64,000 nucleotides of DNA from Alphaproteobacteria bacterium (GTDB taxonomy: Bacteria > Pseudomonadota > Alphaproteobacteria > UBA2966). The notes under the pieces are model-generated. The model saw nothing but the letters and a program-made list of their open reading frames with translations. It was not told the origin of the DNA and did no database searches. The DNA is taken from positions 1,632,001-1,696,000 of the forward strand of contig OZ219856.1 in NCBI GenBank assembly GCA_964291395.2. The letters run 5' to 3'. A program made the translations under genes and the position numbers. This document shows positions 1 through 10,288 of this stretch, piece after piece; position 1 is the first letter of the stretch, and every line of letters begins with the position of its first letter.

Positions 1-101
1 GGATGGGAGGTCCGTCATGCGCGGCGCGTGATATCACGCCGCGAGTCGGTTAGAAAGCGGGATGCTCCCCGCCTTCCGCGGACCACCGATGCCTGCAGCC
101 C

Positions 102-936
102 ATGTCTGACCTCACGGTCCCCATCATCCGGCATCCCGACCCGGACAAGTCGCGGCCGGTCGTCGTCAGCATCCCGCACTTCGGGACCGAAGCCATTCCG
201 GATATCCGGCCCGAAGACTATTCGGTCCCCGAATTCGTACATCTGCCCGTGGGGATATGCCGACACCTTCGCCGCAGACGTCTATGGGCGGGCGCACGAC
301 CACGGCGCGACCGTCGTCGCGACACCCTACTCCCGCCTGTTCGTCGACGTGAACCGCCGGCGCGACGACTTCGCTTGCGATGACGGGGTTGTCACTTCGA
401 CGCGGGGCGTATTCCGAACCCACACACGGCGCGGCAAGCCGATTTTCGCGAAGCCCATGGCGGAAGCCCGCGCCGAGCATATTCTCGCCGCCTACTACGA
501 TCCCTATCACGAGGCCCTCGACGGCATGATCGAGGATATGCGCAACCGGCACGACCGCCTGCTGCTGCTGGATTCGCACACGGCCAGCCCCGACCGAATC
601 GGGAAGCACGAGGTCGTCATCGGCACGCGAGGCGGCGTGACGGCGGATCGGACGATCGTCGAGCGCATCAAAGACCTCGTCGCGGCCGCGGGCGTCGACG
701 TTCACGAGGATGTTCCCGGATATGCCGGCGGGCACATCGTGCGGCGCTACGGGGAAAACCAGCCGCCGGACGTGCACGCCGTTCAGATCGAGATCAATGC
801 GGCTCTGCTCACGACGACACCGCGCGAAGAGCTGGTGCCGAAGATGATCCGCGGCGAGCGGCCCGGCAAGCACGCGGAGAACATCACGCGGATGCGGCGC
901 TGCGTCGCGGCGATCGTGAAGGAAACGTTCGGATAG
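102..936 (+). pseudogene. N-formylglutamate amidohydrolase family protein, +1 frameshift near 245-248
   Basis: ATG 102 frame gives PVVVSIPHFG. The other frame continues with YADTF, ATPYSRLFVDVNR, YYDPYHEAL, LLLDSHT, YAGGHIVRRYG, VHAVQIEIN. Length 835 = 3n+1. Confidence 0.75.
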
Positions 937-966
937 AGCGGCACCCGGCCTGGACAGGGTATCCCG

Positions 967-1635
967 CTACACCGTGAACGGCTCGCCGTCGAAGGCGCCG
1001 CGGGTGGCGATTTCCTCGACCGGCTTGCGCCGCAGTCTCGTGAGCTGCTTGACCGGCTTGCCCAGGGGCACGAGAGCGCTTACCGCATATTCCGGCGGAA
1101 CGTTGAGCAGCTTCTTCACCTCCGGCTCGTTGGCCACCGGCACGGTGGTGATGGTGCCGCCGAAACCCGCCTGTCGTGCGGCGAGGAGGGTGTTCCAGAC
1201 GAACGGATAGATGGAGGCCCCGCTGATCACGCCGATGCGGTCGAGTTCCTTGTCCATTGACGCCACGACTCGGAGGTCGACGGCGAACACGAGCACGACG
1301 GAGGCGTTGCGGTAGGGTTCGACCAGAATGTCGAGGGGCGGCGTTTCTTCGATCCGTTGCGCCGTGACGTCAGAGGGAACGATGGTGTTCCAGGGGCTCT
1401 CGCCCGCATCCCGCTGCGCCGCGTAAATCTTGGCGGGCTGCTCGGCGATCTTCGAGATCCGGTCGCGGGTTTCCTGATCCCTGACGATGATCACGCGGTT
1501 CCCTTGACGGTTGCCGCCGCTCGGCGCGAATCGCGCGATGTCGAGAATGCCGTAAATCACTTCGTCGGGCACCGGATCGCCCGTGTAGTCGCGCGCCGAA
1601 AAGGTGGTCCGCATGACATCGTTGAGTTCCATCAC
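967..1635 (-). CDS. Nitroreductase family protein
   Basis: RTTFSARDY, ARFAPSGGNRQ, LLAARQAGFGG, LVPLGKP motifs. Confidence 0.9.
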   Translation of the reverse strand: MMELNDVMRTTFSARDYTGDPVPDEVIYGILDIARFAPSGGNRQGNRVIIVRDQETRDRISKIAEQPAKIYAAQRDAGESPWNTIVPSDVTAQRIEETPPLDILVEPYRNASVVLVFAVDLRVVASMDKELDRIGVISGASIYPFVWNTLLAARQAGFGGTITTVPVANEPEVKKLLNVPPEYAVSALVPLGKPVKQLTRLRRKPVEEIATRGAFDGEPFTV

Positions 1636-1753
1636 TACCTCTCCCGCCTGATACGACGATTCGGCATTACTCTATCAGGTTCGTGCCTGCCGTTGCCCGG
1701 TTCCATGAGACGTGGTTTTGATTGGGCATCGCGAACCTGCCGGAGACCATGCC

Positions 1754-2851
1754 GTGAAGATCAGAAACCTCACCGTCAAGTCGCTGCACTGGGATCTCGA
1801 CCCTCCCCTCTCGAATCCGGTTCTCACCTGGTACAAGAAGGAGATCGTGCTCGCCTTCATAGAGACCGACACCGGGTTGACGGGTGTCGGCGAGGGCTGG
1901 GTGGCTGGCGGAACGGCGCGTGCGCTGGCCGCCACGCTCGAGGACGACATCGCACCGGTGGTCGTCGGCAGAGACCCGCGTCACATCGCCGCGATCTGGG
2001 AAGACATGGATTTCAGCCGCAGCATCAACGCCCGCCCGGGCCTGATCCGGGCGGCGATGTCGGCCGTCGACATGGCTCTCTGGGACGTGCTCGCCCGGCA
2101 CGCCGGGCTGCCGCTCTATCAGCTGCTCGGCGGGCATTCCGACCACGCCTATGTCTATGCAAGCGCGGGCCTCTACGGGAAGGACAAGTCCGTTTCGGAT
2201 CTCGCCGGGGAGATGTCGGGCTACATCGCCCGGGGGTTCACCTCCGTCAAGATGAAGGTCGGCGGTGCTCCCCTCGATGTCGACGTCGAGCGCGTAAAGG
2301 CGGCGCGGGAGGCGATCGGACCCGACCATCGCCTGATGATCGACGCCGTCTGCGGCATGACCACCCACGACGCCCTCGCGCTGGCGGAACGCGTCAGGCC
2401 GTTCGACATCTACTTCTTCGAGCAGCCTGTCGCCGCCTACGACTACGATGGCATGGCGGTGATCAACGCGCGGAGCGGCATCCCCGTCGCGGGCAACGAG
2501 AACTTCATCGACCAGCGGGAGTTCCACGAGCTCCTGGTTCGCAGGTCCGTCACCTTTACCCAGTTCGATCTGGCGATCTGCGGAGGCATCACGGAAGGCT
2601 TGCGCATCGCCGCGACCGCACGCCCCTGGTACAGCCCCACGACCATTCACAGCGCGAGCTCCATCGTCTGCATGGCCGCGAGCCTCCACACGGCGGCAGC
2701 TCTGTCCAACTGCGAATCCGTTGAGTATCACATGCTGCACCGCTGGCTGTTCGACCGCGCGCCCGACGGATTCCTGGCGGTCGAGGACTCACGCATCCGG
2801 CTGTCCGACCGCCCGGGCCTGGGCCTTGATCTCAATCCGGATGATTTCTGA
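1754..2851 (+). CDS. Mandelate racemase/muconate lactonizing enzyme family (enolase superfamily)
   Basis: ETDTGLTGVGE, SAVDMALWD, KMKVG (KxK), EQP, GNE metal ligands. GTG start after GGAG. Confidence 0.9.
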   Translation: MKIRNLTVKSLHWDLDPPLSNPVLTWYKKEIVLAFIETDTGLTGVGEGWVAGGTARALAATLEDDIAPVVVGRDPRHIAAIWEDMDFSRSINARPGLIRAAMSAVDMALWDVLARHAGLPLYQLLGGHSDHAYVYASAGLYGKDKSVSDLAGEMSGYIARGFTSVKMKVGGAPLDVDVERVKAAREAIGPDHRLMIDAVCGMTTHDALALAERVRPFDIYFFEQPVAAYDYDGMAVINARSGIPVAGNENFIDQREFHELLVRRSVTFTQFDLAICGGITEGLRIAATARPWYSPTTIHSASSIVCMAASLHTAAALSNCESVEYHMLHRWLFDRAPDGFLAVEDSRIRLSDRPGLGLDLNPDDF

Positions 2852-2930
2852 CTCCGTCGCCCCGTCCCTCTCCCATCCGCTTCCACCACCGCAACCCCGA
2901 TGGTCGGATAACGGGATACGAGGGGAAGGC

Positions 2931-3701
2931 TCAATCCCGGGGATTGATCATGCCGGACTGGCCGCCTGTCACGTCCACGATGGCCCCGGAAACGAACGAC
3001 GCCTCGTCCGAAAGAAGCCACAGGATGGCGTCCGCCACCTCCTCGGGTTTGCCGTCGCGCATCTCGGGGTTCTGGGCTACGAATTTCTCTATGCGGTCGG
3101 GCCAATTCGCGTTGATGTGGAAGTTCGTGATGACGAATCCGGGCCGCACGGCGTTTACGCGCACGCGTTGCTGCGCCACCTCCTTGGACAGCCCGATCGT
3201 GTACGTGTCCGCGGCGCCGTTCGACGCCGCGTAGTGGATCCAGTAGCCGGGCGCCCCGTGCTGGGTGGCCGGCGAGGTCACGTTGACGATCGCGCCCCCT
3301 TCCCCGCCATGTTTCGGCATCATGCGCCTCAGGGCCTCGCGACAACACAGAATGATGCCCATCACCTTGGTGTCCATGGTCACCTGAATGTCCGCGGCCG
3401 TCACCTGATCGGCCGTGGCCCGGCCCGGCACGAAACCCGCATTGTTGACCAGAGCCGTCACCGGGCCGAGCTCCCGGTCCACCGTCTCGAACATGCCGAG
3501 AACGTCATCTTCCTTGCCAACGTCCGCTTTCACGGCGATCGCCTTGCGTCCGAGCTTCCCGATCTCCGCCACGACGGCTTCGGCCTCGGCCGATCGGCTG
3601 CGGTAGTTGACGCAGACGTCATACCCGCGCCGGGCGCCGACCCGCGCGGTTGCCGCCCCGATCCCCGTGCTTGCTCCGGTGACGATGAGAACTCCGCTCA
3701 C
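2931..3701 (-). CDS. SDR family oxidoreductase
   Basis: TGASTGIG, LVNNAG, YAASN (Lys of YxxxK replaced), RVNAVRPG. Confidence 0.9.
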   Translation of the reverse strand: MSGVLIVTGASTGIGAATARVGARRGYDVCVNYRSRSAEAEAVVAEIGKLGRKAIAVKADVGKEDDVLGMFETVDRELGPVTALVNNAGFVPGRATADQVTAADIQVTMDTKVMGIILCCREALRRMMPKHGGEGGAIVNVTSPATQHGAPGYWIHYAASNGAADTYTIGLSKEVAQQRVRVNAVRPGFVITNFHINANWPDRIEKFVAQNPEMRDGKPEEVADAILWLLSDEASFVSGAIVDVTGGQSGMINPRD

Positions 3702-3739
3702 ACCTGACCTCCTACGTTTCTGGCTAAAGAGGATAAGCT

Positions 3740-5758
3740 CTAGACGGCCGGTTCGCGCAAAACGGGACGCACGTGGGCCAACTCTCCGGACGACGCCTGG
3801 ATGAGTCTCAAAGTCGAAGGTCCGATGATGACCGCGCCGTCGGCGTTCGCCTCGGAGATGCGCGCCCAGCCGCGGACGTTGGCGCCCTTCCCGGCCGCGA
3901 CCTCTATCATCTCGCCTTCGGCCACGCCGAGACGTACCGCCGCTTCACTGGAGATCGCCAGAAGGCGCTTGGGGCCGTCGAACATCTCGTCGTTGGCCGC
4001 GTGAACGGTCAGCGTGACCCGCGCGGCCGAAAGCGCCCTGCGTTTCCCGGCCGTACGCTTCTCGTCGACCCCGTCGCGGCCGTTCAGAACCACGCCAAAG
4101 CGCTTCTCCGCCTGCTCTTCGGTCAATAGGCCGTCCTTCACGTCTCGCCGGACTGCCACGGTATCGCGCATCAGCGGGTCGCCGTATCCCCCGCCGCCCG
4201 CCCCTTCCATGCGCACGATGTCGCCGGGCCCCACCGGAAACCCGGTCACTTTTCCCGGTATCGGAGACGGTTCGGCGACGACCCCGTCGCGCAGAACCAC
4301 GAAGCGGTTGGCCGCCGGATTCCTCGCTCCCTTCACGCTGTAAGGCGGAATGACGTTCTTGTCGGACAGCACCGACAAGGTGGAGTGGTCGTTGAACACG
4401 CGGATGTCCCGGCGGATTCCGAAGCCGCCCCGCCATTGGCCGTCGCCACAGCTCCCTTCCCGCAGCTCGCAACGCTCGACGCGCAGCGGGTTCTGGCTTT
4501 CGACGATTTCCGACGACTGGATGGCATTGAAGTCGCCTTCCGTGTAGACGCGAATGCCGTTGTGACCGTCGCGGCCGTGGATGGCCCCCGTCCCGCCCGA
4601 AGGGTATTCGTAGAGCAGGTAGATACCATCGATGTCGGGATGGGGACCCGAGATGTAGGTGTGATTGGCCGAGCAACGCGCGTCCCCGGTCATCATTTCG
4701 GGAACGATCTGGCCGAACGCGGCGGCCACCGTCGAATCGAGCAGGTACTTGACCTCCGCCATGCCGCCGCAAGGCGCGGGGAGGCGGGCATTGAGAAAAC
4801 TGCCCTCGGGAACGAGCACCTCGATCGGCGCGAAGGACCCGTGGTTGATCGGCGAGTCGGGATCGAGGAAGGACTTGGCGATGGTCACGACGGCGTTTCG
4901 CGCCATCGCTGGTCCGACGTTGGTGGGTCCTGCCGATTGTGGGGATGATCCCGAAAAATCCGCGACCAGCGAGTCCCCCGCGACCGTCAGCTTGAGCTTG
5001 GCGACGAGCGGCTCCGGGTTGTGCCCGTCGCTCTCGATGTAGCCTTCCGCAAAGTAGTCGCCGTCCGGCAGCTCGCCGATCCGCCGGCGTTGATAGGCTT
5101 CGCCCCGTCGTATCAATTCCTCGATGCCCTCGAGGAACGTCTCCGGACCGAACCGACCAAACAACCGCCGGAGGTGCTCCGCCGCCTTGCGCACGGTCCC
5201 GTGCATGGTGTTGAAGTCGCCGCGCCGTTCCGTCGGGACGCGCATGTTGTCGATGAGCAGCTTCAGGAACGCCTCGTTCATCTCGCCCCGGTCGCAGATC
5301 TTCGTCGGCGTCACCCGCAACCCTTCCTGAAGGATCTCCTTGACGCGCCCGGAAATGGAGCCCGCCGACATCCCGCCGACATCGCCCCAGTGGCAGCGCA
5401 CGGCAGCGAACATGACGTGCCGTTCATCGTGGAACACCGGGCACAACATCAGGATATCGTTGAGATGGGTGCCACCCGTGTACGGATCGTTGTGCAGGAA
5501 GATGTCGCCTTCGTGGATGCTGCCGGCGAATGCCTTCAGAACCTGCTGAGTCGAATAGGGCACCGCGAACAGGTGAATGGGGTGATCGTCGAGCGATTGC
5601 GCCACCTGCCGACCGTCCGCCGTGAGCAGCGCACAGGAAAAGTCATGGCCCTCGTAGATGATCGAGGAGTACGACGAATGGATGACGTTGGCGCGCATCT
5701 CCGCGGCGACCGCGACGAGCGATTCGCGAATCAACTCCAGCTCACCGAGTTCCCGCAT
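3740..5758 (-). CDS. Hydantoinase B/oxoprolinase family protein with C-terminal extension
   Basis: HSSYSSII, DFSCAL, HNDPYTGGTHLND, HWGDVGG, EGLR, GGGGYGDP. Confidence 0.9.
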   Translation of the reverse strand: MRELGELELIRESLVAVAAEMRANVIHSSYSSIIYEGHDFSCALLTADGRQVAQSLDDHPIHLFAVPYSTQQVLKAFAGSIHEGDIFLHNDPYTGGTHLNDILMLCPVFHDERHVMFAAVRCHWGDVGGMSAGSISGRVKEILQEGLRVTPTKICDRGEMNEAFLKLLIDNMRVPTERRGDFNTMHGTVRKAAEHLRRLFGRFGPETFLEGIEELIRRGEAYQRRRIGELPDGDYFAEGYIESDGHNPEPLVAKLKLTVAGDSLVADFSGSSPQSAGPTNVGPAMARNAVVTIAKSFLDPDSPINHGSFAPIEVLVPEGSFLNARLPAPCGGMAEVKYLLDSTVAAAFGQIVPEMMTGDARCSANHTYISGPHPDIDGIYLLYEYPSGGTGAIHGRDGHNGIRVYTEGDFNAIQSSEIVESQNPLRVERCELREGSCGDGQWRGGFGIRRDIRVFNDHSTLSVLSDKNVIPPYSVKGARNPAANRFVVLRDGVVAEPSPIPGKVTGFPVGPGDIVRMEGAGGGGYGDPLMRDTVAVRRDVKDGLLTEEQAEKRFGVVLNGRDGVDEKRTAGKRRALSAARVTLTVHAANDEMFDGPKRLLAISSEAAVRLGVAEGEMIEVAAGKGANVRGWARISEANADGAVIIGPSTLRLIQASSGELAHVRPVLREPAV

Positions 5759-5919
5759 GAGACAAATTCCTCCGAAGTCCGGGGCCATCATAGGGCCAAG
5801 GCCGGACGTGCCGCCACCTCGCGCGACCTCGCGGCCGGCGGGGTCGGTCTGCTATCAAATCGATAGACCGAACCATCGGGCGCGTTTAGCCCGAGAGTCC
5901 TCATGAAAGGAACGAAACG

Positions 5920-6849
5920 ATGCCGGACAAGATCGTCTCGGTGGGCCGAGGCCTGGTAGGCCGCGCCTGGGCCATCGCCTTCGCGCGGGCCGGGCACGAC
6001 GTCGCGCTTGTCGGCCGAAAGGGCGTCGCCGCCGACGAAGCCTGGAGCGCGATCGACACCAATCTCAGGGATCTGGAGCGGGTCGGCGAGATCGAGTCCG
6101 CCACGGCCGTGCGAACGCGGATCATAGGCACCGACGACCTCGCCGACGCGCTGGACGGCGCCGTTCTGGCGATCGAGAGCTATCCGGAGGATCGGGATGT
6201 CAAGCACGCCCTCTTCGTGGAGATGGACCGCCTTGCGGGACCCGACTGCATCCTCTGCAGTTCCGCATCCGGCATCGGCGCCTCGGAATTCACGGAAGAC
6301 CTCGACGGCCGTCATCGCTGCGTGATCACCCACCCCTGCAACCCTCCGTCGTTCCTGCGCGTCGTCGAAATCTCACCCGCCCCGTGGACGGCACGGGAGG
6401 TCGTCGAGCGGTGCCGGAAGATCATGGAGGGCATCGGCAAATCCACGGTGATCGTCAAGAAGGAGATCATGGGTTTCATCCTCAACCGCCTGCACATCGC
6501 CCTGGTCGTCGAAGGCCTGAGGCTGGTCGATCGGGGATATGTTTCGGCCGAGGATCTGGAAAAGGTCGTGAAAGACGGCGTCGGACCCCGATGGGCCTTC
6601 ATGGGACCGTTCGAAACCCTGGACCTCAACGCTCCCGACGGCTGGCGGGAGGTGATGGGCTATTTCGGCGACCTCATGAAGCGCATGTATCCGGATCGGG
6701 GATGGGATGACGATGCCGTCGAGCAGGTCGACGAATACCGGCGCCGATATCTGCCGCGCGAGCGCCTTGACGACCGTCGGGCTTGGCGCGACCGTCAGCT
6801 CATGGCGCTTGACGTTCTCAAGCAGAAAGCTGATATGGAATGGCAATAA
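5920..6849 (+). CDS. 3-hydroxyacyl-CoA dehydrogenase NAD-binding family (L-gulonate/carnitine dehydrogenase-like)
   Basis: VGRGLVGRAWA, ESYPE, HPCNPP, GFILNRL, MGPFETLDLN. Confidence 0.9.
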   Translation: MPDKIVSVGRGLVGRAWAIAFARAGHDVALVGRKGVAADEAWSAIDTNLRDLERVGEIESATAVRTRIIGTDDLADALDGAVLAIESYPEDRDVKHALFVEMDRLAGPDCILCSSASGIGASEFTEDLDGRHRCVITHPCNPPSFLRVVEISPAPWTAREVVERCRKIMEGIGKSTVIVKKEIMGFILNRLHIALVVEGLRLVDRGYVSAEDLEKVVKDGVGPRWAFMGPFETLDLNAPDGWREVMGYFGDLMKRMYPDRGWDDDAVEQVDEYRRRYLPRERLDDRRAWRDRQLMALDVLKQKADMEWQ

Positions 6850-6998
6850 TAGTCTTCAAGAAATTGAAATAAAGTGAAATTTAAGGAGGTCCTCTCCAAT
6901 ACCACCATCCACCGGCTGCCGGGTATCCGATATCCGATCCTCCGGGCCGGCATGGGCTGGAGCGCCTGTGGCGCCCCCGCCGCCGCGGCGGTCGTCTG

Positions 6999-7892
6999 AT
7001 GCGCCGCCCCGTCACGTCGGGATCGATCTCTCCTACCGGCGGTATCGCCTGCATCCTGCTGGGGGGCGTTTTCCTTACCACCAACGACGCGGCCATGAAG
7101 TGGCTGACGGGCACCTATCCCGTGGGTGAGATCATTACGCTCCGCGGACTCTTCGCGTTCCTGCCCGTCGCGTTCTTCGCCTGGCGCGCGGGCGGCTGGC
7201 GCTCGCTCAGGGTCCGACATTTCCACGCCCAAAGCGCGCGGGCACTCTTTTTCGTGGCTTCGTCCTTCCTCTGGGTGTTCGGCCTGACATTCCTGCCGCT
7301 CGCCGACTCCATGGCCGCGACCTTCACCGGCCCGATCATGATTACGGCGTTGGCGCCGTTGCTGTTGGGCGAAACCGTGGGGTGGCGGCGTTGGACGGCC
7401 GTCCTCGTCGGCTTCGGCGGGGTCCTGCTGATGATCCAGCCAACCGGCGACGGCCTGCGCGTCGCCATGCTCCTGCCGCTCGTCTCGGTGATGGGCGGGG
7501 TCGCGCGCGACATCATCACGCGGCGGATCGCGTCGTCGGAGTCGTCGGTCGGCACCCTCGCGTTCACGACCGCCGCGGTATGCCTGTTCGGTCTTGCCAC
7601 CCTGCCGTTCGGTTGGGTCGTCCCCGGCGCGCGGGACTGGTTGATCCTGGCGGTCAGCGGGGTTCTCATGGGCGCGGCGCATTTCCTCTACATCGAGGCC
7701 CTGCGTCTCGCCGAAGCCGTCATCGTCATGCCCTTCAAGTACTTCAATATGGTCTGGGCCGTCGCCCTGGGATTCGCCATCTGGGGAGACCTGCCCGACC
7801 GGTGGGTGATCAGCGGAACGATCTTGGTCGTCCTGAGCGGCCTCTACATCATGCACCGCGAGGCATTGCGCCGGCGTCAGGGAGCCACGTGA
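6999..7892 (+). CDS. DMT/EamA family transporter
   Basis: About 10 hydrophobic helices; LLGETVGWRRWTAVLVGFGGV. Confidence 0.9.
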   Translation: MRRPVTSGSISPTGGIACILLGGVFLTTNDAAMKWLTGTYPVGEIITLRGLFAFLPVAFFAWRAGGWRSLRVRHFHAQSARALFFVASSFLWVFGLTFLPLADSMAATFTGPIMITALAPLLLGETVGWRRWTAVLVGFGGVLLMIQPTGDGLRVAMLLPLVSVMGGVARDIITRRIASSESSVGTLAFTTAAVCLFGLATLPFGWVVPGARDWLILAVSGVLMGAAHFLYIEALRLAEAVIVMPFKYFNMVWAVALGFAIWGDLPDRWVISGTILVVLSGLYIMHREALRRRQGAT

Positions 7893-7988
7893 CCTTGCGC
7901 ACGCGAGGCGTTCGACAGGCCCGGCGCCGTGCTAAACTGCGGGGAGCCTATTCATCACTCGCAACTGCCATGAACGGGGGACGGACCC

Positions 7989-8411
7989 ATGGCTATCACA
8001 GCCCTCAACCACGTCAACATCGTCACCGGCGACCTTGAAGCGACGAGGAAGTTCTACTCCGATGTCATCGGCCTGATCGACGGAGACCGTCCGTCCTTCC
8101 AGTTCCCGGGCGCCTGGCTCTATTGCGGCGACGAGGCCGTCATCCATCTCGTCGGCGTCGATGACCAGCCCGACGAAGGCACCGGCACGATCGACCACGT
8201 TGCCTTCGAGGCCAAGGGCATCGACGACATGATCGAACTGCTGGAGGGGAGTGGGGTTCCCTTTCACGTGCGCGACGTGCCGGGCCGCGAAATCCGACAG
8301 GTCTTCCTGCACGATCCCAACGGCGTGAAGATCGAGCTCAACTTCCGCGGCGCCGAGGTTGTCAAGGCACGCGAAGCGGACGGCGTGCTCGAAGCCGAAG
8401 TGCCGGGCTAA
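7989..8411 (+). CDS. VOC/glyoxalase family protein
   Basis: LNHVNI, FYSDVIGL, IDHVAF, DPNGVKIELN. Confidence 0.9.
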   Translation: MAITALNHVNIVTGDLEATRKFYSDVIGLIDGDRPSFQFPGAWLYCGDEAVIHLVGVDDQPDEGTGTIDHVAFEAKGIDDMIELLEGSGVPFHVRDVPGREIRQVFLHDPNGVKIELNFRGAEVVKAREADGVLEAEVPG

Positions 8412-8698
8412 GGGATCGCCCTACTTCCCTCGCCCGTCGCACGCCGCCCGGGCATCGTCCGATCTGATTGACCGTTCGCGCGACGTTGTGGAACTGTCGC
8501 TGGCAAGGAGAATTGTCCGGATTTCATAGCAGATCGATTGGCCGCTTCTGTTGAGGTTGCGGGCCCTATGGGAATTGATCAGGCGCGGAGCGGCTGTCCA
8601 CTTGTCCACAGGGCGCGGGCGGGCCGCGTCGAAGCGGATCACGCGGCCTTCCGGGTCGGGGTCTCGAACGGTTCCAGGGACGGGATCGGAGATTCGCC

Positions 8699-10288
8699 TC
8701 ACCCGTCTCCCGCCTCGCCGTAGCCTCCGCCGCCGCCGGTCGAGAGAATGATCTTTTCGCCCTTCTTGAGGCGGTAGTGCCCGCGGCCCTCGATCACCTC
8801 CTCCGTGCCGCCCGTCGAGACGCGCCGCAATTCGTAGGGGGCTCCGCTCTCGCCCCCGAGCAGGCCATAGGGCGGCACCTTACAGCGATCCAGCATGGCC
8901 GCGAACTTGGTGTCCTCTCCCAGCATTTCATAGATCCGCACGACGCCGTTGCCTCCGCGGTGGCGGCCGCGCCCCCCCGATCCGTCCCGCAGCGCCTGCT
9001 TCGAGACGACGATGGGATATTGCGCCTCGACCATCTCGGCGGGCGTGTTCATGACGTTGGCGAGGTTCACGCGCGTTGCGGACCACCCGTCCCGGTCGAC
9101 GCGGCCCCCTTCGCCGCCGCCGTGAGCCTCGTAAAAGGACCACCAGCGGCCGTCCGGCCATTGGCCGCTGAAGATGAGCACCGACGCCGATCCGGAACCG
9201 CCAGCCGTCACGGCGTCGGGAACGCAGTGCACCATCGCCCGCATGATCGCGTCGACACAGCGCTGCGACGTCTCGTGATTGCCGAGGACGACGGGATAGC
9301 TGTAGGGCGGACTCAGGACGGAGCCCGGGCGGGTGATCACTTTCACCGCACGAAAGAACCCGTCGGCGTGGAAGATTTCGTGCTTGGAGATGGCCTTGAT
9401 GAAGAACCCGGCGGCGGTCGCGGCGAGCGACGGCGTCGCGTTCACCGGCGCCTCGACCGCATCGCCCGAGGCGCTGAAATCGAAGGTCGCGCCGTCCCCG
9501 TCGATCGTGACCTTGACCCGGATGGCAACGTGCTCCCCGTCGGAGCCGATGTCGTCCATATGGTCTTCACCTTCGTAGACGCCGTCCGGCAGGACGCGAA
9601 TGGCCTCGCGAGTCTGCTCCTCGGTCAGCTCGTTGAGCTTCTCCACGGCGGCCTTGAACGTCTCTGGACCGTGTGTCTCGAACAGGGTCTGCAGGCGGGT
9701 ATCCGCTACCCGCGTAGCGGCCGCCTGAGCGAACATGTCGCCCCGGATGACGTCACGCGTGCGTATGTTGGCGAGCAGGAGGTTGAGACTTTCTTCGATC
9801 GGCTCGTCGCCGGCGAAGAACCGGGTCGGCGGAATACGAAAGCCGTCCTGCCAAACGTCCGTCGCGTGGGCCGTGTAGCTGCCGGGCGTCGCGCCTCCGA
9901 TGTCCTCCCAGTGGGCGAGCGAAACCGCAAAGGCGAGCAGTTCTCCCTCGTGGAAGACGGGCCGCACCGCCTTCACGTCGGGTAGATGATTGCCGCCGAC
10001 CTCGGGCAGATTGAGATACCAGATATCGCCGGGCGCCAGTCTCTCCTTGCCCACCACCTTGAGGAATTCCCGTGCCGCGAACCCCATGACACCGAGATGG
10101 ATGGGGATGTCCCGGCCCTGGGCAATGACTCCGCCGTCGGCGGAAGTCAGGGCGGACGAATGGTCGCCCGCCTCGCGCAACAGCGGGGACCGTGCGGCCC
10201 GCATGACCACGAGCGACATCTCTTCGGCGATGGATGCCAGGGCTTGGCGGATCACCTCCACCGTGAAGACATCGGGTCGTTCGCTCAT
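8699..10288 (-). CDS. Hydantoinase B/oxoprolinase family protein
   Basis: RAARSPLLREAGD, GGNHLPD, HWEDIGG, GGGGGYG. Start overlaps the A-subunit stop (ATGA). Confidence 0.9.
   Translation of the reverse strand: MSERPDVFTVEVIRQALASIAEEMSLVVMRAARSPLLREAGDHSSALTSADGGVIAQGRDIPIHLGVMGFAAREFLKVVGKERLAPGDIWYLNLPEVGGNHLPDVKAVRPVFHEGELLAFAVSLAHWEDIGGATPGSYTAHATDVWQDGFRIPPTRFFAGDEPIEESLNLLLANIRTRDVIRGDMFAQAAATRVADTRLQTLFETHGPETFKAAVEKLNELTEEQTREAIRVLPDGVYEGEDHMDDIGSDGEHVAIRVKVTIDGDGATFDFSASGDAVEAPVNATPSLAATAAGFFIKAISKHEIFHADGFFRAVKVITRPGSVLSPPYSYPVVLGNHETSQRCVDAIMRAMVHCVPDAVTAGGSGSASVLIFSGQWPDGRWWSFYEAHGGGEGGRVDRDGWSATRVNLANVMNTPAEMVEAQYPIVVSKQALRDGSGGRGRHRGGNGVVRIYEMLGEDTKFAAMLDRCKVPPYGLLGGESGAPYELRRVSTGGTEEVIEGRGHYRLKKGEKIILSTGGGGGYGEAGDG

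Noticed and set aside
2855-2930. Degenerate long hairpin between convergent genes (similar at 50565-50612)
   Set aside because: Too imperfect to assign to a repeat family; probably an ordinary terminator or decayed REP.
8421-8698. Replication origin (TTGTCCACA DnaA-box-like site in an intergenic gap)
   Set aside because: Only one near-consensus box, no AT-rich unwinding element and no oriC-associated genes.
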